Shown here: in pieces, positions 15,483 to 23,469 of the stretch
Position numbering within the stretch: the first letter of the stretch is position 1
Layout: each line of letters starts with the position of its first letter
DNA from: Halomicrobium mukohataei DSM 12286
GTDB lineage: Archaea > Halobacteriota > Halobacteria > Halobacteriales > Haloarculaceae
Direction: 5' to 3'
Assembly (NCBI RefSeq): GCF_000023965.1
Contig: NC_013202.1
Span: 2,310,001-2,342,000 of the forward strand
DNA length: 32,000 nt
Notes under the pieces: generated by a model
What the model was told of the DNA's origin: nothing
The model's input: the letters and a program-made list of their open reading frames with translations, nothing else
Databases searched by the model: none
Translations under genes and position numbers: made by a program

Positions 15483-18302
15483 ATGAGTGAGACGGGCGCT
15501 GACGCGTTCACTGCACTCGGCGGGTCGGTCCGATCGGCGCTGTCCGAGCGGGGTTTTACGACGCCGACGGAGCCCCAGCGAAAGGCGATTCCGCCGCTGG
15601 CGGCGGGAGACGACGCGCTCGTCGTCGCGCCGACGGGGACCGGGAAGACGGAGACGGCCATGCTCCCGGTCTTCGACGCGCTGGCCGACGAGGACCGCTT
15701 TGGCATCGGGGCGCTGTACGTCACGCCCCTCCGGGCGCTGAACCGCGACATGCGCGAGCGGCTCGACTGGTGGGGCGACGCGCTCGACCTCGAGATCGAC
15801 GTGCGCCACGGCGACACGACCGACTACCAGCGCCAGCAGCAGGCCGACGATCCGCCGGACGTGCTCGTGACGACGCCGGAGACGCTCCAGGCGATGTTGA
15901 CCGGCTCGAAGCTCCGGACGGCGCTGGAAGACGTGGCCCACGTCGTCGTCGACGAGGTCCACGAACTCGCGGCCGCCAAGCGCGGCGCACAGCTGACCGT
16001 CGGGCTGGAACGGCTGCGCGAGGTGTCGGGCCCCGTCCAGCGGATCGGGCTCTCGGCGACCGTCGGTGATCCGGAGGCAGTCGGGCGCTTTCTCACCGGC
16101 GACCGCGGCTGTCGGATCGTCGAGGTCGACGTGGGGAGCCGTCTGGACGTGTCCGTCGTCCGGCCGACGGTCACCGACGCCGACGAGCGCCTGGCCAGCG
16201 AACTCGTCACCGATCCCGAAGTCGCCAGCCACGTCCGCCGGATCGACGAACTGATCGCGGCCCACGACTCCGTCCTGGTGTTCGTCAACACGCGCCAGAC
16301 GGCGGAGGCACTGGGCTCGCGGTTCAAAGAACTCGGCACGAATCTCGGGGTCCACCACGGATCGCTGGCCAAGGAGACGCGAATCGACGTGGAAGACCGC
16401 TTCAAGGAGGGCGATCTCGACGCGCTGCTCTGTACCTCGTCGATGGAGCTCGGGATCGACGTGGGCCACGTCGACCACGTCGTCCAGTACGGGAGCCCGC
16501 GCCAGGTCGCTCGGCTCCTCCAGCGCGTCGGCCGCGCAGGGCACCGACGAGACCTGCTGTCTTCGGGGACCGTCGTCACCACCCATCCAGACGACACGCT
16601 GGAGGCGCTGGCGATCACGCGACAGGCTCTCGACGGCGAGGTCGAGCCCGCCGAGATCCACGACGGCAGCCTCGACACCGTGGCCAATCAGGTCCCCGGC
16701 ATCGTCATGGACGTCGGCGAGATCCGCGCGATGGAGGCCTACGAGATCGTCACGCGGGCGTATCCCTTCCGAGACCTGACGACCGAGGAGTTTCGGGAGG
16801 TGGTCCGCGAACTCGCCGAGAACCGCGTGCTCTGGGTCGACGAAGAGAACGACCGACTGGAGAAGCGACGGGGGACCTGGCAGTACTTCTATCAGAACCT
16901 CTCGATGATCCCCGACGAGGCGACCTACGACGTGGAGGACGTGGCCTCGGGCGACCAGATCGGCACGCTCGACGAGCAGTTCGTCGTCAACTTCGCGAAC
17001 CCCGGCGAGGTGTTCATCCAGCGCGGGGAGATGTGGCGGATCACGAACGTCGACGAGGACGAGGAAGTCGTCACGGTCTCGCCCATCGAAGACCCGGCCG
17101 GGGAGGTGCCGTCGTGGGTCGGCCAGGAGATCCCGGTCCCACAGGCGGTCGCCCGCGAGGTCGGCGAGCTGCGACGTGTCGCCGGCAGACAGCTCCAGGA
17201 GGGGGCAGCGGCCGACGCCGTGGCCCGCGATCTCACGCGGCGCTACGAGGGCGACCCGGCCACCGTCGAGAGCGGGCTCGAACAGCTCCGAGACCACGAG
17301 GCTCCGATCCCCGACGACGAGACGATCGTCGTCGAGATGCACGGCCGCGAGGTCGTCGTCAACGCCTGTCTGGGCCACCAGGTCAACGAGACGCTCGGCC
17401 GACTGCTCTCGTCGCTGGTCGGTCAGCGGGCCGGCGCGACCGTCGCGATGGAGGTCGATCCCTACCGGATCGAACTCGAACTGCCAAGCGGCGTCAGCGG
17501 CGGCGACGTGATCGACGTGCTGGAGACGACCGATCCCGAGCACGTCCGCCACATCATCGAGCTGAGCCTGAAAAACGCCGACGCGCTGAAGTTCAAGCTC
17601 GCCCAGGTCGCGGCGAAGTTCGGCACGCTCAAGCGCTGGCGGGGCTCTGGCTCGGGCCGGTTCGGGCGCGATCGACTGCTGGCCGCCCTCGAAGACACGC
17701 CGATCTACGACGAGGCCGTCCGCGAGGTGTTCCACGAGGACCTGGCCGTGGAAGCGACCCAGACCGTCCTGTCGGCGATTCAGTCCGGCTCGATCGCCGT
17801 CGAGACCGTCGGCGACCGCACGCCGATCGGCCTCGGCGGCCGTTCGTCCGGCCGGGAGCTGCTCTCGCCGGAACACGCCGACGCCAGCGTCATCCAGACC
17901 GTCAGGGAGCGCATCCAGAACGACCGGGTGCTGCTGTTCTGTCTCCACTGTCGAGACTGGCGGCGCAAACAGCAGGTCGGTCGCGTCCGCGACCAGCCCG
18001 ACTGTCCCGACTGTGGGTCGACGCGCATCGCCGCACTCAATCCGTGGGCCGAGGAGGTGATCTCGGCGGTGCGAGCCGAGGACAAAGACGAGGACCAGGA
18101 GAAGATGACCGAACGGGCCTACCGGTCGGCGTCGCTGGTCCAGAGCCACGGCAAACAGGCGGTGATCGCGCTGGCCGCGCGCGGCGTCGGCCCCCACAAC
18201 GCCGCTCGCATCATCAACAAACTCCGCGAGGACGAAGACGAGTTCTACCGGGACATCCTCCAGCAGGAACGCGAGTACGCCCGCACCCAATCGTTCTGGT
18301 GA
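15483..18302 (+). CDS. lhr: Lhr-type (large helicase-related) superfamily-2 ATP-dependent DNA helicase (939 aa)
   Basis: Q-motif TEPQRKAIP, Walker A APTGTGKT, DEVH box VVVDEVHE, LSATVG, and motif VI QRVGRAGHR. A long Lhr-like C-terminal extension ends in the 4-Cys module CLHCRDW...CPDCG. ATG 15483 (MSETGADAF) is preferred over the TTG at 15429. Confidence 0.88.
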   Translation: MSETGADAFTALGGSVRSALSERGFTTPTEPQRKAIPPLAAGDDALVVAPTGTGKTETAMLPVFDALADEDRFGIGALYVTPLRALNRDMRERLDWWGDALDLEIDVRHGDTTDYQRQQQADDPPDVLVTTPETLQAMLTGSKLRTALEDVAHVVVDEVHELAAAKRGAQLTVGLERLREVSGPVQRIGLSATVGDPEAVGRFLTGDRGCRIVEVDVGSRLDVSVVRPTVTDADERLASELVTDPEVASHVRRIDELIAAHDSVLVFVNTRQTAEALGSRFKELGTNLGVHHGSLAKETRIDVEDRFKEGDLDALLCTSSMELGIDVGHVDHVVQYGSPRQVARLLQRVGRAGHRRDLLSSGTVVTTHPDDTLEALAITRQALDGEVEPAEIHDGSLDTVANQVPGIVMDVGEIRAMEAYEIVTRAYPFRDLTTEEFREVVRELAENRVLWVDEENDRLEKRRGTWQYFYQNLSMIPDEATYDVEDVASGDQIGTLDEQFVVNFANPGEVFIQRGEMWRITNVDEDEEVVTVSPIEDPAGEVPSWVGQEIPVPQAVAREVGELRRVAGRQLQEGAAADAVARDLTRRYEGDPATVESGLEQLRDHEAPIPDDETIVVEMHGREVVVNACLGHQVNETLGRLLSSLVGQRAGATVAMEVDPYRIELELPSGVSGGDVIDVLETTDPEHVRHIIELSLKNADALKFKLAQVAAKFGTLKRWRGSGSGRFGRDRLLAALEDTPIYDEAVREVFHEDLAVEATQTVLSAIQSGSIAVETVGDRTPIGLGGRSSGRELLSPEHADASVIQTVRERIQNDRVLLFCLHCRDWRRKQQVGRVRDQPDCPDCGSTRIAALNPWAEEVISAVRAEDKDEDQEKMTERAYRSASLVQSHGKQAVIALAARGVGPHNAARIINKLREDEDEFYRDILQQEREYARTQSFW

Positions 18303-18335
18303 GGTCACTTGCACACACGTGACTGGAGATTGGGT

Positions 18336-18343
18336 AGATTTTT
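18336..18343 (+). promoter_or_regulatory. AGATTTTT box: T5 terminator for lhr and/or TATA box for the channel gene
   Basis: T-run at 18339-18343, 37 nt after the lhr stop and after the GTCAC-N10-GTGAC hairpin (18304-18323). Centred about 30 nt upstream of ATG 18369. The octamer and spacing are identical to those upstream of aIF2-beta. Confidence 0.35.
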
Positions 18344-18368
18344 GTTCGTCAGTTGATCACGTTGGATC

Positions 18369-20483
18369 ATGCCAGAGACCGCGATATCGGACTCCAGAGC
18401 GCTCCTCGAACGGTCACCGGACGAGCGTGAGGCACTCGATATCGGTGACGACGAAGTCCTCGACGCTCTGTTCTCGGTGATCGAGCGCGGGGATCAGGAG
18501 GAGAAAGTACTCTCTGACTGTACGCTACCGGCACTGAACCTCGATTTCAGAACAGTCGAGAGCGACAACAACCATCCGGTCGTCTTCAGGAACTGTACGT
18601 TCGAGGGGGCGGTCAGTGCTGTCGACGCCGACGTGACCGTGCCGATCAGCTTCGAAAACTGTGACATCGGTGGTCTCGAACTCCCCGGAGCCCGCTTCGA
18701 GTTCGACCTGGAACTGTCCGACTCGACCGTGAGCGGTGACGTAGACGCCTTCGAGGCGCGGTTCGACGACCAGTTCGACGTGACGGGATCGACGTTTACT
18801 GGCCCCGTTACACTGCAGGAAGCACACTTCGGCAACGACGCGGACTTCGAACGGGCCAGCTTCGAGGAGTCGGTCTCGTTCGAAACCGCCTCGTTCAGTG
18901 GTGCGTCGAACGAACTCGGAGACAACGCCAGCTTCGAGGAGGCGACCTTCGAGGGGGAGGTCGACTTCCGCCAGGCGGCGTTTACGTACGCGGACTTCGC
19001 AGACGTGTCCGTCGCCGGTCGTGTCGGATTCGAAGAGACGACGTTTACCGGCGACGTGGCGTTTACCCGTGCGACCTTCCAGAGCGAAGCGGACTTCGAC
19101 GAGGTCGACTTCGGTGGCGATGTCGACTTCGAGTCGGTCACTTTCGAGGGCACTGCGGTGTTTCGCGGAGCGGAATTCGAGGGCGGTGCCCGTTCACTCG
19201 AAGAAGACGCCACGTTCTCGCAAGCGGTGTTCGACGACGAACTGAACGCCCGTGATGCGCACTTTCGGGACGGTCTGTTCGACGGTATCACGGTGAACGG
19301 CCCTGCGACGTTCGAGGGGATTCGCTTCGACGGTGACGCTTCCTTCGAAGCTGCGACGTTCGCCGACGAGGTCGACTTCGACGAGGCCCGGTTTGACGGC
19401 GACGTGAGCTTCGAGCAGGTGTCGTTCGACGGCGTCGCTATATTTCGCGGAGCGGAGTTTCGGGGAGCCGACAACCACCTCGAAGAGGACGCCTCTTTCG
19501 ACGGAGCGACCTTCGAGGCGCGGGCGGGTTTCGAGGACGCCGTCTTCAGCTCCGGATCGTTCGTCGACACTCGTTTCGCTGCCGAGACCGACTTCCGCGG
19601 TGCGAAGTTCGATCGCGCCGTCTTTCACGTCGTTCCGATTACGAACGAAAGCTACGTGGACTTCACCCGCGCGATCATCAAGGACGGAGAGATCCGTCAG
19701 CCAGAGGGGGGCTGGGTTCGTTACGATCTGACGAACGCGAGTGTCGGGTCCGTGTCGCTGAGTGCGACCACCGAGAGCGACCACCGGCAGCTCCTCGACT
19801 ACTTCCGTTTCTGCAACACGGAGTTCAACGAGTTCGACGGCTACGACTTCGACTTCTCGGCACACACGGACTACCTGGATCGAAACGACTGGTCGCTCCA
19901 CGAGTTCGACGAGAACTTCGCCGACGTGACGTTCGCGCTGCCGATGACTCCCGAGAACGTCGAGCGCACCTATCTCAAAGCCAAGACGGCAGCCTCCAGT
20001 GCTGGCCAGATGAAGGCTGCCGGCGAGTTCCGGGTCAGACGCCAGCAGTTCGCCCGGAAGAAGTACGTCGGCATCGCCAGAGACGGGACGACCGACCTCG
20101 TGACGCGGGCGAAAAACGCCAGTCGCGCCGTGGAGAACGCGTTCCTCGGCATCACCTGCGGTCACGGCATGCGACTGGGGCGGATCGTCGCCGTCTTCGC
20201 GCTCTTTCCGCTGTTCCCAGCGGTGCTGTACGCCTTCGGCGGGTCAGCGTTCGCGACGACGATTCCGCCGCTCTCCGGTGCTCCCGGTCTGTTCTCTCCC
20301 GAGGGACTGTCGATCCTCTATCGAAATATTCACTTCAGTTATATCACGTTTCTCACCATCGGCTACGGTTACATCGGCCCGGAGGGCGCGGCCGCGAGAG
20401 CGATGGCCGGGATGGAAGTGTACGTCAACGTCATCCTCTCGGGGCTGGTGTTGTACTGCCTGATCAAACGCTCGGAGATATAG
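18369..20483 (+). CDS. Pentapeptide-repeat (beta-helix) protein fused to a C-terminal 2-TM potassium-channel pore domain (704 aa)
   Basis: About 400 aa of xxFxx-type five-residue repeats (for example ASFEEATFEGEVDFRQAAFTYADFADVSVAGRVGFEETTFTGDVAFTRATFQSEADFDEVDFGGDVDFESVTFEG). Then come an amphipathic basic linker, TM1 (IVAVFALFPLFPAVLYAF), a pore helix plus filter SYITFLTIGYGYIGP (TIGYG at 20355-20369), and TM2 (MEVYVNVILSGLVLYCLI). Confidence 0.8.
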   Translation: MPETAISDSRALLERSPDEREALDIGDDEVLDALFSVIERGDQEEKVLSDCTLPALNLDFRTVESDNNHPVVFRNCTFEGAVSAVDADVTVPISFENCDIGGLELPGARFEFDLELSDSTVSGDVDAFEARFDDQFDVTGSTFTGPVTLQEAHFGNDADFERASFEESVSFETASFSGASNELGDNASFEEATFEGEVDFRQAAFTYADFADVSVAGRVGFEETTFTGDVAFTRATFQSEADFDEVDFGGDVDFESVTFEGTAVFRGAEFEGGARSLEEDATFSQAVFDDELNARDAHFRDGLFDGITVNGPATFEGIRFDGDASFEAATFADEVDFDEARFDGDVSFEQVSFDGVAIFRGAEFRGADNHLEEDASFDGATFEARAGFEDAVFSSGSFVDTRFAAETDFRGAKFDRAVFHVVPITNESYVDFTRAIIKDGEIRQPEGGWVRYDLTNASVGSVSLSATTESDHRQLLDYFRFCNTEFNEFDGYDFDFSAHTDYLDRNDWSLHEFDENFADVTFALPMTPENVERTYLKAKTAASSAGQMKAAGEFRVRRQQFARKKYVGIARDGTTDLVTRAKNASRAVENAFLGITCGHGMRLGRIVAVFALFPLFPAVLYAFGGSAFATTIPPLSGAPGLFSPEGLSILYRNIHFSYITFLTIGYGYIGPEGAAARAMAGMEVYVNVILSGLVLYCLIKRSEI

Positions 20484-20540
20484 GCCACGGGAGCGCGGTA
20501 CGGCAAAAGACCTTTTCGAGTCCTCGCCGAACGCCCGACC

Positions 20541-20807
20541 ATGACCGAACGAGTGAGCGGAGAGGACGTAATCGTCGAACACGCGACCGAAGATGTCGTC
20601 GTCGAGTCGGCCGAAGACGTACACGTAGACGCCGGTCGCGTCGAGGGGAAACTGGTCATCGAGTCGGCGCAGGACGTGATCGTCGAGCACGGCGGTGAGG
20701 TCCACGTCGAACAGTCCGAAGACGTGACTCTCGATTCCGGAACGGTAGAGGGCGACGTGACCGTCGACAACGCACAGGACGTACACGAGGACGACAGTCT
20801 CCTCTGA
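20541..20807 (+). CDS. Hyper-acidic 88-aa repeat protein ([ED]-D-V-x-V-[ED] units; beta-solenoid/bactofilin-like pattern)
   Basis: MTERVSGEDVIVEHATEDVVVESAEDVHVDAGRVEGKLVIESAQDVIVEHGGEVHVEQSEDVTLDSGTVEGDVTVDNAQDVHEDDSLL has 26 D/E and 19 V out of 88 residues and 8 repeat units. CCTTTTCG box at 20511-20518 is centred about 26 nt upstream of the ATG. Confidence 0.6.
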   Translation: MTERVSGEDVIVEHATEDVVVESAEDVHVDAGRVEGKLVIESAQDVIVEHGGEVHVEQSEDVTLDSGTVEGDVTVDNAQDVHEDDSLL

Positions 20808-20809
20808 AG

Positions 20810-21406
20810 ATGGCCGAAAACTCCGAGCTACGGGTCGTCGGGACGCGCAAATCCCGGTCACTGGGGGAGGTTAGTGGCACGATCTCCGTCGAGAGCGAGC
20901 GCGGATCGGTCGAGTTCACCGCGACCGACGACGTCGTCCTGACTGTCGGTGGCGAACGGAACTCGGTCACGGCACGCGGGAGCGGTAGCACGGTGCGTCT
21001 CAGTATCGACGGTGACCGAAACAGTGTCTCGATCGCCCGCTCGCTCGACCTGGAGATCCAGGGCGACGAAGGCGTGGCGAACTCGATCGATCGTCACGGC
21101 GAGGCACAGAGCGGCCCCGACCTCGTACGAACCGACCGAGCGGAGGCGTACGCAGACCTCGGGTTGTTCGACTATACGGTGCTGTCCTACCAGACCAACG
21201 CCACCGAGCGAGAGTTCTGTCACAACTGCGGCCGCGACGCCGAGACGATCGTCAGACGACACGAAGAGACGGTACTCTCCGTGTTCGGGTTCTCCATCAC
21301 GCTCGGCGAACGAACGGGGTCGGACGAGTGTCCGGAGTGTACACCCCACGTCCCCGACGAAGACGTGGAACTCACCGAAGCGGAGCGACGCGAGATCTTC
21401 CGTTAA
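20810..21406 (+). CDS. Two-domain protein: N-terminal G-x-x-N-S-V repeat region (DUF3060-like beta-solenoid pattern) plus C-terminal CxxC...CxxC zinc ribbon (198 aa)
   Basis: Starts 2 nt after the previous stop. Repeats include VGGERNSVTARGSGSTVRLSIDGDRNSVSIARSLDLEIQGDEGVANSI. The C-terminus reads FCHNCGRDAETIVRRHEETVLSVFGFSITLGERTGSDECPECTPHV. Confidence 0.65.
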   Translation: MAENSELRVVGTRKSRSLGEVSGTISVESERGSVEFTATDDVVLTVGGERNSVTARGSGSTVRLSIDGDRNSVSIARSLDLEIQGDEGVANSIDRHGEAQSGPDLVRTDRAEAYADLGLFDYTVLSYQTNATEREFCHNCGRDAETIVRRHEETVLSVFGFSITLGERTGSDECPECTPHVPDEDVELTEAERREIFR

Positions 21407-21874
21407 TCATCCCGTTTCCGGCCGCCTCCCGAGTCGCTCGAACAGGGTTTCGGTAAAGACGGCACAGTCGTGTTCCGGGTACGTGTGCCACGTCTCGTAG
21501 CCACCGTCGACCGCGTCGACGGCGGTTACTGCGCGGTCAGAGAAGTCGTATCGCAGATCGAACGATCGCGTCGTCGGGAACCGTTCGATCGAGTCGACAC
21601 GGATCTCCGTCGTACACGCGACCTGTTCGGTGTCGTACGCGACGGTCGCCGAGTCTCGTCGGCGGAGGTCGATCGCTCGACTACCAGTGACGGTTCGCTC
21701 GTCGCAGGACGCGATCTCTGCGAACCCGAGCGACTGGGCACGAACACAGTGAGAGCTACCGATGACGGCAGCGGCGAAATCGACGCCGTCGACGGTCACC
21801 GTCGTCTCGTCGTAGACGTTCAGTCGGTCCGGATCCGCGAGTTCGTATCCAAAGTGAAGCAGTTCGTGGTTCAT
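21407..21874 (-). CDS. Conserved hypothetical cytoplasmic protein (155 aa), last gene of the SpeE-like operon; possibly DUF2617-like (unverified)
   Basis: ATG 21874 lies 2 nt after the TAA of the upstream gene. MNHELLHFGYELADPDRLNVYDETTVTVDGVDFAAAVIGSSHCVRAQ... has acidic composition. The track ORF extension to 22195 is Arg-rich junk overlapping the upstream gene. Confidence 0.65.
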   Translation of the reverse strand: MNHELLHFGYELADPDRLNVYDETTVTVDGVDFAAAVIGSSHCVRAQSLGFAEIASCDERTVTGSRAIDLRRRDSATVAYDTEQVACTTEIRVDSIERFPTTRSFDLRYDFSDRAVTAVDAVDGGYETWHTYPEHDCAVFTETLFERLGRRPETG

Positions 21875-21876
21875 AC

Positions 21877-23466
21877 TTAGCCGATGACGATGTCGTAGTT
21901 GGGATCGAAGATGCTGTTCGGTTCGACACCCCGATAGCGATCGATCGCGCGCCACTCCCGGCGTTCGTAGGCAGACTGTACCCGTTCCGTTCGAGCGTTC
22001 CGTGCTGTGTCGAGCGTTAGCTCTTCGTTCGGGCTCGGAGAGAGCAAGTAGAAGCGTTCTCCACGCTCTAACTGTCCGTCCCGATCGAAGTCGTCGTAGG
22101 TGCTGTAGTCGGCGTAGCCACGAAAGCCGGCCTCGCGGACAGTGTTGGCGTAGGCCATGTGGTGGTTCGTAAACCTGTGACGAGAGTACACCCACGTCGC
22201 CACCATCCCGTCGTCGGTCACGTGCTGTCGTAACTGGGTGTAAAATTCGGTCGAGTACAGCGGCAGTGCGTCGTCGGAACGCGCACCCGGCAGATCGAGC
22301 AAGATCAGATCGTACTGTCGATCGGTCGAACGGAGGTACGTTCGAGCGTCTGCGACGTGTGTCGTCAGTCGGTCGTACTCGTAGGCGTCGTCGTGGTACT
22401 GCTCGAAGAACGGGTGGTCTCTCGTGTAGTTCATGAACTCCCCGTCGATGTCGACGTGGTCGACGGTGACACCGTACTCTCGGAGGTGATCGACGGCGAT
22501 CCAGTCACCGCCACCGATCAACAGGACGCGCGTCTCGGACCCGTTCTCGAACTGCGACATCGGCACGTCGACCAGCCCCTCGTGGTAGGGCTCGACCCAC
22601 CGGTCACAGAGCTGGACAGCCATGTCGAGCCGCAAACACGTATCCGTGCCGGGCAGGTCAGTGAGTTGCCGCTCGTACAGAACGGCGTCCTGATACCTGG
22701 TGGTGTGGCGTTCGGTCACGTCGATCGACGCCGTGCCGGGCGGATATTCGCTTTCGATCGCCCCTTCGACGTAGAGGTCTGTCAGCGAGTCCTCGACCTG
22801 TCGTTCGTTCGCCAGAATTCCGGCGTACGTACCGGTAAGGAGGAGACCGACCAGCAGCAGTGCCTTGCTGCTCTCGGTGAAACGTACTGCAAACGACAGT
22901 GCTGCGACGGCGTTGAGCAGCCCCAGAACGACGATTGCGGTGATCAGGCCCATCGACGGGTAGAGGAAGAGCGCGTAGACCACTGTCCCGACGAGGCTTC
23001 CGAAGTAGTCCACGCCCAGCACCTCGCTGAACGCGGACCGCTCGCTGGTCACCATCGAGGACAGGAACGGAATCTCCAGTCCGGAAAGCACGCCGACTGC
23101 GATAATCGGCAGGTGAGAGGCGGCGAGAACAGCGGTGTCTTTCGCCGGGAACCGCACGTCTGGAACGCTGTTGAGCAGGATCATCACCAGTAGCCCCAGC
23201 GGTCCGACGACGGCAAGCAGTACCTCGATCCTGAAGAAGTTCGTCTCCGCTTCGCCGACGTAGTTGTACAGGAAGGCACCGATCCCCAGCGAGAACAGGT
23301 ACAGACCGATCGTGATCGAGTAGCGTAGGACTGTGCCGCCAAAGAGGACCCGCAGCATCTCCGAGTAGATCAGTTCGTAGACGATGCTACAGAAGGCAAC
23401 GACCAGCGTCAGGCCGAGCAGGAGCGCTCGATCGGACCGCAGTGACGAACGGAAGTGTGAGAGCAC
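21877..23466 (-). CDS. Membrane-anchored spermidine-synthase-like (SpeE-fold aminopropyltransferase/methyltransferase family) protein (529 aa)
   Basis: The N-terminal ~220 aa have about 7 TM helices, with the FCSIVYELIYSEMLRVLFGG...GLYLFSLGIGAF motif typical of membrane-fused SpeE-like proteins. The C-terminal Rossmann domain reads VLLIGGGDWIAVDHL...VDHVDIDGEFM...YDLILLDLPGA. GTG start at 23466, 3 nt after the upstream stop. Confidence 0.8.
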   Translation of the reverse strand: MLSHFRSSLRSDRALLLGLTLVVAFCSIVYELIYSEMLRVLFGGTVLRYSITIGLYLFSLGIGAFLYNYVGEAETNFFRIEVLLAVVGPLGLLVMILLNSVPDVRFPAKDTAVLAASHLPIIAVGVLSGLEIPFLSSMVTSERSAFSEVLGVDYFGSLVGTVVYALFLYPSMGLITAIVVLGLLNAVAALSFAVRFTESSKALLLVGLLLTGTYAGILANERQVEDSLTDLYVEGAIESEYPPGTASIDVTERHTTRYQDAVLYERQLTDLPGTDTCLRLDMAVQLCDRWVEPYHEGLVDVPMSQFENGSETRVLLIGGGDWIAVDHLREYGVTVDHVDIDGEFMNYTRDHPFFEQYHDDAYEYDRLTTHVADARTYLRSTDRQYDLILLDLPGARSDDALPLYSTEFYTQLRQHVTDDGMVATWVYSRHRFTNHHMAYANTVREAGFRGYADYSTYDDFDRDGQLERGERFYLLSPSPNEELTLDTARNARTERVQSAYERREWRAIDRYRGVEPNSIFDPNYDIVIG

Positions 23467-23469
23467 GCG

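Noticed and set aside
15471-18314. 947-aa ORF fully antisense to the Lhr helicase gene
   Set aside because: Its composition is Arg/Gly/Pro/Val/Asp-rich with no recognisable motifs. It is the typical stop-free antisense frame of a ~70% GC gene. The sense frame has complete helicase motifs.
18494-19570. 358-aa Ser/Lys/Ala-rich ORF antisense to the pentapeptide-repeat region
   Set aside because: Its periodicity simply mirrors the sense-strand repeats. A Lys-rich basic composition is atypical for this proteome, and it has no promoter-like box.
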